A stretch of DNA of 64,000 nt from the human T2T-CHM13v2.0 reference genome, Homo sapiens: assembly GCF_009914755.1 (NCBI RefSeq), contig NC_060935.1; one strand, given 5' to 3'. This document shows, piece after piece, positions 12,218 to 24,244 of this stretch; the first letter of the stretch is position 1, and every line of letters begins with the position of its first letter. The notes below the pieces were generated by a model, which saw only the letters and a list, made by a program, of their open reading frames with translations, had not been told where the DNA came from and ran no database searches. The position numbers were made by a program, and so were the translations under genes.

Positions 12218-14418
12218 CAAGTCTCAGAGCTTTCCAAGACCCCTAAGGAATGAGTATGTTAATTAAAGCCTGGCTCTTTCTTCTGCACTGTGCTGCTTCC
12301 TATCTTGAGAGGTTGGAAGGTACTTTGGGGTCGGTGACCTCTGCAGCATCCTCAGATACTGGTTCAATTGTTTCTTATACATCTCTGATGACAGGGAGGT
12401 CACCTCCTCCAAGGGAGCTGGTTCCACTATTCCAAAGCTCTGGCTGTTAGAAAGCATCTCTTCTTAGGAATCATATATTCCCTGGAAAACAGTCCCCAAA
12501 AGAGCAGCTTAGCCAACTGACACTTCCTGTGCCTAGAGGCAGGGACACTTTGGCTCTTGACCCTGAGAGGCCTTTGCCTAGACCTTGAGGTCCATTCTCC
12601 TAGACCTTGGGATGACAGCATCCTATTCTCAGGGTTGGATCCCTCTTGGAGAAAGTTCCAACTTCTGGTATTCTTTCTTTCTCAGGAGGAGGCAGAAATA
12701 GGCTTTGTCCATCTTGACCCAGACCCCTTCCTCATCAGCCTGGCCAGCCCCTGAGCCCCCAGCTCTCCACCCGACATCCTCTCCAGCCCCACAGCAACAG
12801 GCTGCTGGGGTCAGGCAGAGAAAGTGTTGATGGATGGACCCACAGGTGTAAGGGAAAACTCTTAGTTGCAATGCTGGCTCTGGCACCTGGCATGGGGTCT
12901 GGCTTTAACCTGCCTGCTTTCCTGCCCCAGCCAGCACCCATCCAGACAGATCTGAGGGAGGACCCTGTGTGGTGAATGAATGTGCAGTTCCTCAGATGTA
13001 GAACAATCCTCTATCCATGGGACAGCTGTGGCCCCAAGACCAGGAGAAATTCCTGTGTCTTGGGATACCTTCAGTCCTTCCTGTGCACTAGAGGCCCAGG
13101 CTACAGACTCAGTTATTCCATTCCCCACCTTGGCCTTGCCCTAGAACATATCACAGGCAACTCCTGTGGACCCCTGGAACTATCATAGTGCAAAGGTCCT
13201 TATCTAGGGGCCTAAGAGCTTTACTTTGCCATAACTGTGTCCTTAGGCAAGTTGCTTTCCCTGCTTGGTGATGTCTCCTTATTCACAAAGTGTAAATGTG
13301 GATATGTGGAGGGGTCAAGATGTGGTGTTATCCAAGGCTCTGTCTAGCCCTGACTTTTCATTCCCAGGACCTTTGACTTGAGATATCCAACTGGGTTTCA
13401 GGTCCAAGTGGGAGGTGAGAGAATAGAGAATCAGAAAGAGCAAGTTGCTTCATCTCTACCCTCTCTTCTAGCCTGGGACCAGACTAGCAGGAAGTTACCA
13501 ACACACAGGGCTTGACTGAGGGACATTTAAAGGCCCATCCACTCCCAAATATCTTCACTGACCTTATTAATTCAAAAACTGCAATCACTCCTTTGGGGAG
13601 ACATAGTCTCCAGAAATCAACTGTGAATATTTAAATATGGCACCAGGGAAGGCAATTCAACAAACTCATTCCCACCCATTAATGCCCATTAGGTTAAATT
13701 TTCTTCCCATGGAAAAGATTCTTGAAAGGACAGTAAGAGGTAGGATGAGTTTTTATATGGGAGGATCTATTAAGGATTTTTTTTTTTTAAAGGAAAGAAA
13801 GAGACCAAGAGCTAGTGTGGGGAGACCAGGGGATGGATCCGAGTTACAGGGTAGAGTGTCCAGGGGTGGGATACTATGGAATAAAGATGCCATGGAACAA
13901 ACATGACTTGTTTCCCAATTGTGCCATTGCCAGGCTTGTGTTATTACAGTATACAGGGCAAGCTTGAACCTGATTGCAGGGCAGGAGAAAAGAGGCTGGG
14001 CAGAAATGAATGCAAGAGCCTCCTCCACCATGCACCCTCCACCTGATGCCAGCAGACAAGCTTGGCACTGCCCTTGAGGTTTGTTCCTCTCAATAGGGTG
14101 AGGCAGCCCTTCAGGAATGAGATACAGCAAAAGCATCACCCCACAGTAGCCCTGAAAACAGGTGCAAAACACCCTTCCTCTGATGTTTGCCCAGTATAGC
14201 CTCTGGACTACAAAGCCAACCAAGCAAAGGTGGGTGGTAGCAGAGTAGCTGTGGGTGGAATTGAGGCTGGCTGCCCGGAAACAGGAAGGTCTTAGGTGCA
14301 TCCATTTATAGTCTCTTTCTGGGACCCTGTGCCTCTGAAGCCACTAGGTGATGGCCTTCCTCGTCATTTTTTCAATCCTTCAGGCCTTTGGTCTTTCTGG
14401 TACTTCTGCCTTAGCCAA

Positions 14419-14796
14419 TGATATGGTTTGGCTATGTCCCCACCCAAATCTCATCTTGAACATATTGAACTGTAGTTTCCATAATCCCCAAATGTCATGG
14501 AGGGACCCATTGGGAGGTAATCACGGGGGCGGTTACTCTCATGCTGTTCTCGTGATAGTAAGTAAGTTCTCACGAGAACTGATGGTTTTATAAGGGGCTT
14601 TTATCCCTTTTGCTCGGCACTTCTCTCTCCTGCCACCATGTAAAGAAGTACGTGTTTGCTTCTCTTTCCACCATGATTGTAAATTTCCTGAGGCCTCCCC
14701 AAACATGTGGAACTGTGAGTCAATTAAACCTCTTTCCTTTATAAATTACCTAGTCTTGGGTAGTTCTTTATAGCAGTGTGAGAATGGACTAATACC
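14419..14796 (+). mobile_element. THE1D-like solo LTR (ERVL-MaLR)
   Basis: TGATATGGTTTGGCTATGTCCCCACCCAAATCTCATCTTGAA...GAGAATGGACTAATAC. Confidence 0.92.
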
Positions 14797-15394
14797 GTCA
14801 CTCTCTCTATCTTTCATCCTTCAAGACTCAGCTCAGGCATCATCTTCTCTCTGAAGCCACCCATGAATTAGTGAATGAAGGAATGAATGGGTAGTTCTTC
14901 AGATGTGAAACAATCTTCTATCCATTGGAACACCTTCTGGGATCGTTGAGTCAGCAAGAAAAGAGCTCCTGCAAGCCCCACAGGATGCCTAGGGAAAGTT
15001 GCAACCAAGTGTTTTCTCCTGGACTTAAGAGGATGATAAGGATAGGAGTGGACTGCCTCTACCATTAGAGGCTCTGGGGCTAAAGACCAAAGAATAGGGC
15101 TCAGGCACATTACCTGGGTAAGTGGCTTTCCCTCACTGGGCCTCTTTATCTAGAAAATACCTAGAGGGCATTGAGGTCCCTTCCAGCTGTCCTGCTCTCT
15201 GAGCCTGGGTCTGAAGCAGAGACAGGATGCAGCCAGTAGAACTGACTTAACAATTTTAGAATGTAAAGACTCATCACTTGCAAGGTCACCTTGAAGTGGA
15301 TCTGTTGATTCAGTGCTGAAAGGCATTCCTGTTAAAAATGTTCCTCATAAGGTAAAGTAACAGCTTCTCAAAATGGGAAAAGGAGCTGATACTC

Positions 15395-16021
15395 TGTAAT
15401 AAGCAACATTTGACACGTTTCCAATGATCCCTGCCTCCAGTATTCACCCCTCGGGTAATCCTCTCCCCTATTGACTTGCTTCTAACTTGCTTCCATATGA
15501 GGAAGGATTGAAAAAATGATGAAGAACATGGTGACAGAGATGGGATGTCACTTCCATATTAGGTTTCAAAAGGCTGTGACTTGCATCCTGCGGAACTCTT
15601 TCTATAGCCTTCTTGGACTGCTTGCTTTGGTGAAGTCAGAAGCCATGTTACATAGGTCCATGTGGCAAGAACTGAGAGCAACCTCTGGCCAACAGCCAGT
15701 GAGAAACTAAGACCCTTAGTGCAACAGCCTGCAAGGAACTGATTCATGCCAACAACCATGCAAGTGAGCTGGGAAGTGAATTTTTCCCATTAAACTTTGA
15801 CAGGGTTTAGATGCATCCACTTATAATCTCCCTCTGGGACCCTGTACCTCAGAAGCCATGACTGTAGCCCCAGCCAGTACCTTGATTTCAGCCCGTAAGA
15901 GACCCCAAAGTAGAGGACCCAGTTGAACTGTCTTTGGATTTACTGACAGACACAAACTGTTGTTGCTCCAAGCCACAAAGTTTAGGGATAATTTGTTGCA
16001 CATCAAGAGATAGCTAATGCA
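15395..16021 (+). mobile_element. MLT1F-like solo LTR with a ~56-bp foreign insert
   Basis: GATGGGATGTCACTTCC, CATGTGGCAAGAACTGAG, GCCAACAACCATG, AAGCCACAAAGTTTAGGGATAATTTGTT. Confidence 0.8.
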
Positions 16022-17974
16022 TGCTTCTAGAGTTTAGGGGAGTCATGGATGTAAAAAGCCAGAGACATCCTAAAAATTAGGAAGTACGTTCCCCACCTCC
16101 TCCAGCTTCAGGAAAGCAAGATAAATATCACATGCTGTCACTAAGTGATCCCAGACATGGCAGTGCCCCTCTTTCTCCCACAATTTCTCCATGTGTAAAA
16201 TAAAGGGGTTGGGTTGGTGAATCAGAACTGCAAGGTTTCTGGGACCACTGCCCTCCTCCACCTTAGTAATTTTGCTTTTTGTATCCGTTGATTGAAAAGA
16301 TGCAAAATGAAAAGAAGCTACTCTAAATACAGTGATGTTATAACTAGCTTTATTAGTCGCAATAACACTTCAGTGCATTTGAGACTGTCATCCTTTATAC
16401 TCACTCAATGTGCAGGCATTGCTAAACAGGAATGGCTATGGATAGAGAGTATTCTCATTGAGAACAACTAAAGCAGCGCATTATGAATTATGCTTAATCA
16501 CGTGGCACAAATGTATAGATGGCAAGATAAAGGTGAGGGAGGGAAAGCTGGGGTCAGATGGCCTTGGGTTAGCATCTCACTTTTGTCCTTCCCAGATGTG
16601 TACCCTACAGGGAGTGATTTCATAAATCATCAGTTGCTTTACCTCTAAATTGGGGATCGTAATACCTATTCCACAGCATTGTTAGAAATATTAAATTCAA
16701 TAATGCATAGAAAATTAGCAGCTAGTTATTGCTCAATAGTGACACCTAATAATAACAAATAATAAATTCCACCTTTGCATTATTATTGACATAATTATAT
16801 ACAAATACCTGTACAAATACAAATAATGTACAAATGAATGACCAGGTGTGGCCATTTATTGAGTACTTACTATGGGCAAGGCATGAGTCCAAACTCTTCA
16901 TGCAGTATTTCACATGCCTACTGACAGGTCTTCCAGTCTAGAGGGTGACCCTGTCTGTCCTGCTTTCTTTGGGGTAAAGCAGACAGTTTTCTCCCCCAGG
17001 ATGCTTTGAGTCACTTGGACAGACAGTGACTCAAAGGACATTGGGAATCTGCTCTCAGGAGTCTACCATTCAGTCAATCCTGGCCTGGGCCCAGAACTCA
17101 GCATCTCTTCTACTGTCTGAGGGTCTGTTTCTCCATGGACAGAGAAAGAAGTATCCAGAAGGTTCCCTTTACCCCACAGAAGAGGTGATGAGACTGTCTC
17201 AGCTGAGGGGGGGTCTCTGATACTGTGAAGATACAAGGTCCCAGTGTCCCTTTCCCAAGGGTCTACACCTTAATTGAAGCCGCATCTGCAAATAATTCAA
17301 ACCCTGAGACCCAACATTGTTGTCTTAAGCTTCTATGGGAGAGAGAGGGGAAGAAGAAGGGCAATGTGAAAATTGTGATGCCTTTCTACCTCTGCTGTCA
17401 CTTCTAATGATACATTTCTTAGAAAATAAAGGAACACTGTGTACTATGATGTGGGAAGGCAGAGACTATAGTTTCATACAGAGTAGTGCTTAATTCCAGT
17501 TTTACTACTCACAGGCAGATTTGAGTAACTTTTATCACTTCCTACATCTCAGTTCTTCATCCATTAAATGAGGGTCACAGTCTCTGACTTACAGGAGCAC
17601 ATCTTGTGAGGCAAAACAACAGCTTGGATGTCAGAAGTTAAAATAAATTACACGGAGTTGGTGCTCAGCACATGCTAGAGAATCACCTGTGCCTGATTCT
17701 CAGCTCTCTCACTGTAAGATCAGAGATGACATATGAGAATTGTCTTGTGGAGTATTGGGATATACTACGTACTGAGTCCATCTGGCTATTGTTATAATAT
17801 TTCTAACAAAGATAGATGCTTCTCCCCCAAACTGTTTCCTGACTTCCACTGCTCCATGAGAGGAACACTGTCACGGGATCCACAGGAGGCTGGGATATAC
17901 ATTCTTCTTTATTCCACAGTCCCAGAACCCCAATATTTAGCTGGACACATATTCCCACCCAGTTAAACACTATA

Positions 17975-19996
17975 CAGGCATACATTGGAGATATCGCGGG
18001 TTCAGTTCCAGACCAGCGCAATAAAGTGAGTCACATGAATTTTTTATTTTTCCAGTACATATAGAAGTTATATTTATGCTATATTATAGTCTATTAAGAT
18101 GCAATAGCATTATTTCTCGAAATAATGTATATACCTTAATTGTCAAATACTTTATTGCCAAAAAGTGCTAATGACCATCTGAGCCTTCAGTGAGTCACAA
18201 TCTTTTTGCTAGTGGACGGTCTTGCCTCAATGTTGATGGCTGCTGACTGATTAGGGTGGCAGTAACTGAAAGTTGGCATGGCTGTGGCAATTTCTTAAAA
18301 TAAGTCAACAATGAAGTTTGCCACATCAATGGACTCTTCCTTTCACAAAAGATTTCTCTGTAGCATGTGATGCTATTTGATAGCATTTTACCCACAGTAG
18401 AAATTATTTCACATTGGACTCAGTTCTCTCAAACCCTGCTGCTGCTTTATTAAATAAGCTTATATAATATTCTAAATCCTTTGTTGGAATTTCAGTAACG
18501 TTCTCAGCATCTTCACCAGGAATAGATTCTATCTTAAGAAACCATTTTCTTTGCACATCCATAAGAAGCAACTTCTCATTCATTTAAGTTTATTGTGAGA
18601 TTGCAGCAATTCAGTCACATCTTCAGGATCCACTTCTAATTCTAGTTCTCTTGCTATTTACACCACATCTATAGTTACTTCTTCCACTGAGGTCTTGAAC
18701 CTCTCAAAGCCATCCATGAAGATTGGAATCAACTTCTTCCGAATTTCCATTAATGTTGATACTTCGGCCTTCTCCCATGAATCATGAATGTTCTTAATGG
18801 CATCTAGAATAGTGAAATTTTCCAGAAGGTTTTCAATTTACTTTGCTCAGCTCCATATGAGAAATCATAATCCATGGCAGTTATAGCCTTTTGAAATGTA
18901 TTTTTGAAATAATAAGGCTTCAAAGTTGTAATTATTCCTTGATCCCTGGGTAGCAGAATGGATGCTATGTTAACAGGCAGAAAAATAGCATTAATATCCT
19001 TGTACACCTCCATCAGAGCTTTTGCCAGGTGCATTGTCAATGAGCAATAATATCTCGAAAAGAATATTTTTTTCTGAGGAGTAGGTCTCAAGAGTGGGCT
19101 TAAAATATTTAGTAAACCATGCTGTAAATGAATGGGGTCTCATCCAGGCTTTGTCATTCCATTTACTGAGCACAAGCAGTAGATGTAGTGTAATCCTTAA
19201 GGGCCCTAGGATTTTCAGGGTAGTAAATGGGCATTGGCATCAACTTCAAGTTACCAGCTATATGAACTCTTCACAAGAGAGTCAGCTCGTCCTTTGAAGA
19301 TTTGAAGCCAGCCATTGAGTCTCCTCTCTAGCTATGAAAGTCCTACATGGCATCTTCTTCCAATAGAATGCTGTTTCATATTCATGGAAAATCAGTTGTT
19401 TAGTGTACCCACCTTCATCAATGATGTTAGCTAGAACTTCTGGATAACTTATTGCAGCTTCCCCATCAGTACTTGCTGCTTCACCTTGTATTTTTATGTT
19501 ATGGAGGTGGCTGTTTTCCTTAAACTTCATGAACCAACCTCTACTAGCTTCAGACTTTTCCTCTGCAGCTTCCTCATCTCTCTCAGGCTTCGTGGAATTG
19601 AAGAGATTTAGGTCGTGTCTCTAAATTAGACTTTGGCTTAAGGGAATGTTGTGGATGATTTGATCTTCTGTCCAGACAATTAGAACTTTCTCCATATCAG
19701 CAATAAGGCTGTTTTGCTTTCTTATCACTTGTGTGTTCACTGGAATAACACTTTTAACTTCCTTCAAAAGCTTTTTCTTTGCATTCACAATTTGGCTGTT
19801 TTGTGCAAAAAGCCTATCTTTTAGCTTATCTGGGCTTTCAACATGCCTTCCTCACTAAGCTTAATAGTTTCTAGCTTTTGATTTAAAGTGAGAGATGTGC
19901 GACTCTTCCTTTCACTTGAACACTTAGAAGCCATTGTAGGGTTATTAATTGGCCTAATTTTAGTATTGTTGTGTCTCAGGGAATAGGGAGACTCAA

Positions 19997-20029
<33 letters not shown>

Positions 20030-20383
20030 TGGGGAAAGGGCCATTCAATGGAGAAGTCAAAACATATATAACATTTATTGATTGATTAAGTTTGCCATCT
20101 AATCTTGGGCACAGTTTGTGGTACCCAAAACAATAGTAACATCACAGATCACTGATCATTGGTCACCATAACAGATACAATAATAATGAAAATGTTTGAA
20201 ATATTATGAGAATTACCAAACTGTGACACAGAGGCATGAAGTGAGCACATGCTATTGGAAAAATGGCACCAGTGGATTTGCTAGACATAGGGTTGCCACA
20301 ACCTTTCAATTTGTTTAAAAAAAAAAAAACTCAATACCTGTGAGGCAAATTAAAACAACCCACAATGTAACAAGGTATGCCAC
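17975..20383 (-). mobile_element. Full-length Tigger1 DNA transposon (~2.4 kb)
   Basis: TA-CAGGCATAC..GGAGATATCGCGGGTTCAGTTCCAGACC at left, ACAAGGTATGCC..TA at right; pogo-type transposase remnants in the ORF track. Confidence 0.96.
18804..19934 (-). pseudogene. Disrupted Tigger1 (pogo/CENP-B-like) transposase
   Basis: Fragments [42 protein letters not shown]...[14 protein letters not shown]...LLLIDNAPG lie in different frames or are broken by stops. Confidence 0.9.
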
Positions 20384-20929
20384 TATTTCTCAGCTTCCCT
20401 CGTAGCCAAATGTGGATATGTCCCTAAATTTACTGTGTTAAATATCAGCATGCGTCTGAAAGAGAGGGAGCACACTTTCTTCGTCTCCTCATCCATCTGG
20501 CTGCTTGAAATTTGGATGTGATGGCTGTAGTTCTAGCAGCCATCTTGTACTATGAGGATAAAAACCGTATTCTAGGGAAATCAGAGGGTAAGCTGGAAGG
20601 GGCCAGCTTCCACTTCATGGGGCACAGTATCAGCTCTGCCCACCTCCCAACTTCTTATATAAAAATAAACATTTGTCTATTTAAACAATTGCTATTTTGA
20701 CTTCCTCTGTCCTATTTAGCAAAAGCAAATCCCAATAGATATAAAGGCTCTCCTTTATAAAAACTTAAAAATTTTGTCTTTCAGGATTTTATCCAAAGGC
20801 TATAATAAGACAAATGCTTAAAGTCACATGGACAAAGATATTCAATACTCGTATTATTACAAAAGCAAATGGATGCCTATATTTTCACCGAGGGAGGAGA
20901 GGTTAGATGTGACACGGTACATCCTAAGT

Positions 20930-21170
20930 CAGTGGCTTAGAGTTCCGGAGGTGAAGCCTGGGGCTGGACCAGATTCTAAGTCTCACCTCAACTCCTTAAT
21001 GTCTCTATCACTGGAGCACCTTCTACTTTACCTCTCTGAGCCACAGTTTTCTTATGTACAAAGTAGGCTGATAATAATCGTCCAGGTCGATAATGTTGCT
21101 ATATGGGTAAAATTAAAGAATGTACATAAGGCACTTCACACAGTGCCCAGCTCAGGTTAATCACTGGGTG
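20930..21170 (+). mobile_element. MIR SINE
   Basis: TTTACCTCTCTGAGCCACAGTTTTCTTATGTACAAAGT...CACAGTGCCCAGC. Confidence 0.75.
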
Positions 21171-22632
21171 GAGGCTAGCAATCCTTCTCTACTCCCCTGC
21201 CCCCTCCCCTCTCTCCTCCTCCTAACTGGTTCTTCCCTCCCCCCATTATCCTTCTCCTCCAATAGAATACTATACTGGAATTAAAGGTATCTGCACCACT
21301 ACCACCACAATGAAGGTGATTAAAGGCACATTAGCGGAAATTTAAAATCATATCACATACATATTTATACAGCATGATCTCATAACTATGTAGGAATCTA
21401 TTGAAAAACTTAGGAGAGAGACACGCCAATAGCTTTTATCTCTAAGAGGTGAATTTTAGTAATTTTCCCTTCTTCTTAAAGCCTCTCTGTAATGTCTATG
21501 GTATGTCCATGAGCATGAAATATTGTTAAAATTTATGATTAAACATGATTTGTCATTCCTCTATTATAAAAAAGCTCGGCATCCCTGAGCTATACCAATC
21601 CCTGGAGAGGCCAGTTCTGCAGGGCATTTGTGAACAGAAAGCACCTCCCCTGCCAGCTGGCTGACGAAGTCCCCTGGGACTGCCACCGGATGGAGCCTTA
21701 AGGGTGAGGCATGTGGCAGGTGGGATTGGAGAGACAGATATCCCTTTAGAGCTGCCTGGGACAGTTGCTGCATTCTCTGCCATCCCTCCTGACCATTCCC
21801 TTCTAGCATCTTCTCTGACCTGGAGGAAGTGCTCTGAACTTAATGAATGCCACCCAGAGAGTGGAGTTCAATTCTCTATTTGCAGTAAGAAAAATTATTT
21901 TCCCTCCTTAAAAAGAAAGGCCCGAAAGAAAGCAATGTATCAGACCAATAGCTGCCTATGCTTAATGTGCTGTGTATTTTACAAATCCTCTTAGCAGGAG
22001 AACTGTTTGATCTCCCTCTGGCTGGATCTGTAGCTGTGGAGATGACTGACACTGGCCTGATCCCTGCAGACCAGACTGAGCTCTGCAGAGCAGTGGCCCC
22101 TGGGACACAGGACCCCAACAGATGCACAAGTGACTGACCCAGGTGCTGTGGTGTGTGACTCTCCTGGAGAAGGAACAGACCTTCTTGGAACAGAAGACAA
22201 GGCAGCTGAAAGAAGTGGCAAGAGGGCCATGGATTGAGCCAGTTAGGTCACTGTGGGTGGAGAAAACACTGGCTGGGGGCTTCCTGTCATAAATAGGTAT
22301 GCATTTAATTGTCTAGGGACTCAGGATCTCTTGGGTCCTCTGAACTCTTGGCTCACAAGTGACAACACTTTGGCCCATAAATTTTTCTTTCCCCCTAGGC
22401 CCCAAATCATTCTTCTTTGAGCTGCCACTTACTAGTATTTACTACACACTAATGAATATGTGCTCTTTGTTAGGAAAGGCTGATATGCCATTTAATCCTC
22501 ACACTTCCCAGTAAAGTTGTCCCCATTTTACAGATAAAGAAACTAAGACACAGAATTAATGCCACACATATCATTGTAGCTGAGCCAGGGGTGAAACCTA
22601 TATGTGTGTGGTGCAAAACTTGTGATCTAAAT

Positions 22633-22770
22633 GTAGACGTTCTCAACGCAGGTCATGCATCAGAGTCATCTGTGGAGCTTATTAATTATAAGGATACAAA
22701 GACCCCACCCCGTGTTTCCTGAGTCTCTGGAAGATGTAATACTGATGTGAAACCTGGTGGAAAACCACTG
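22633..22770. mobile_element. MER5A-like hAT MITE
   Basis: GTTCTCAAC..CATGCATCAGAGTCATCTGTGGAGCTT...GAAAACCACTG. Confidence 0.6.
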
Positions 22771-23171
22771 GATGACCTAGATTCCTGAACACTTGCCCTG
22801 CATAGCCTGCCCTACAGGAGGAAGGCTGCTGAGTGTAGAATGAGAGCCTGCATGGCTGGTCTTTGGGGCTCCACTACCCTCCTCTCCCCATTCTGGGTTA
22901 GCCTCCAGCAGCTGACCCCCCGGGCTGTTGTGGTGCTGCAGGCTTCTGATTAGGACTAGGGCAACTCATTCTTTTCTCTGCCCCTGGTGGGACTGACCTC
23001 TGTCCTCAGAGGAGAATCCTGGTGGGCACAGGTCAGGAACCCCCTGACAGGAAAACTCACTGCTGCTTGAAGCAGGCAGGCCTTAGGGCCTGGGTCTCCA
23101 GAGGACCCATGGATAACTTGTGGACTGGACAGTTTGGAGGGGACACTTATCAGCCCCTTAGGTCACAGCAT

Positions 23172-23209
23172 GAACTCAGCTGTCAGCTCAGCCTGTGACA
23201 GCTGAGTTC
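23172..23209. repeat. Perfect 14-bp inverted repeat, 10-nt spacer
   Basis: GAACTCAGCTGTCA-gctcagcctg-TGACAGCTGAGTTC. Confidence 0.95.
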
Positions 23210-23264
23210 CCTTGGAAAAGCTCTTTTCATTTATGTATTTGTTCTTTCCTTATCTCACATTGGT

Positions 23265-23920
23265 GGTTTCCTTCATTCAATTCAGCAAGCAAGCACCAGG
23301 CTCTCCATTAGGAATGGGACATCCAGAAATGAAGTAGTCCCTGCCCCTGCCATCCAGATGCACAGACTCTAAAGGGAGTGACAGGCTATAAACAGACCAC
23401 TGTAGTGTGGTGTGTTTCCTGCAATAAGAGAGGGAAGCAAACCTGGCTGTGAGCAGAGAGAGCCCTCAATTAAGCCTGGTAAAGGGAAAGCTGCCCAGAG
23501 GTGGTGACACTGGCTGGTGACATACAGCTTACTTAATACATTGCCTAACACCTCTAGGTTGCAGAACTTACAGAAAATACTTAGAAATGAGCTGTCATTC
23601 ATTTATTCTGTTATCCATCCATTCATTCAGCAAGCATTTATTGAGCATCTCCTGTGTTCCAGGATTTATTCTAGGCACAGGTATATCTGCTCTTATAAAG
23701 CCTAAATGCATGGATGAGAGAGGGAATATAAACAAAAAAATTACATATATCTAACTTTATATTGCATGTAAATATACATATTTTTATGTGTAATTTTATA
23801 TATTATATATAGTAATAAAACTTGTAGAAAAAAATAAATCAGAGAAGAATAGATTGCTAAGGGAGAACAAGTGGCAGATGTTGCTGTCCACTTCTCTGAT
23901 AAGGTGATGTATAAGCAGAT
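23265..23920 (-). mobile_element. L2 3' fragments
   Basis: CATTCATTCAGCAAGCATTTATTGAGCATCTCCTGTGTTCCAGG (L2 tail, reverse). Confidence 0.7.
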
Positions 23921-24244
23921 GTGGGGGTCAGTGACAGCGGGAGAGGAGATGGGGAAAAAGGACAGAGGATGCGGGAGCAGGTCTAAGGGAGGCTAATGTT
24001 GGATTTGGGGATCACATCATCCCACCTCCCTTCTGACACAGTGGATACAGCTGAGACCCAAAGAGTGCAGGAGGCTTCCAGAAACGAAGAAGCAGAAAAG
24101 TAGGCATCTCTCTATAAACTAGGGGTAAAGAGAGTGAAAATGGGGGCTCTAGCATTGGGTGAGATTCAGAGTCACAAAGTGACTATTTTTCTCAAGATAT
24201 TTTTCTCTGATTAAAAAGCCTCCCCAAAGATTGAAAAATTTATA

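Larger units (their letters stand above)
17869..20743 (+). mobile_element. LTR33/LTR16-type ERVL LTR split by Tigger1 (parts ~17869-17974 and ~20384-20743)
   Basis: CAGAACCCCAATATTTAGCTGGACACAT..CCAG..AAACACTA continues after Tigger1 as TTTCTCAGCTTCCCTCGTAGC; GATGTGATGGCTGTAGTTCTAGCAGCCATCTTG. Confidence 0.7.

Noticed and set aside
13753-14301. 182-aa ORF, and similarly 39524-40039 (171 aa) and 51114-51590 (158 aa)
   Set aside because: No homology recognised and no supporting gene structure; the latter two partly overlap repeats
18195-20060. Possible domesticated TIGD-type gene
   Set aside because: Multiple stops and frameshifts and a lost catalytic Asp; ordinary Tigger1 relic
23735-23815. 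AT-rich quasi-palindrome
   Set aside because: Low-complexity sequence within L2; such symmetry is expected by chance
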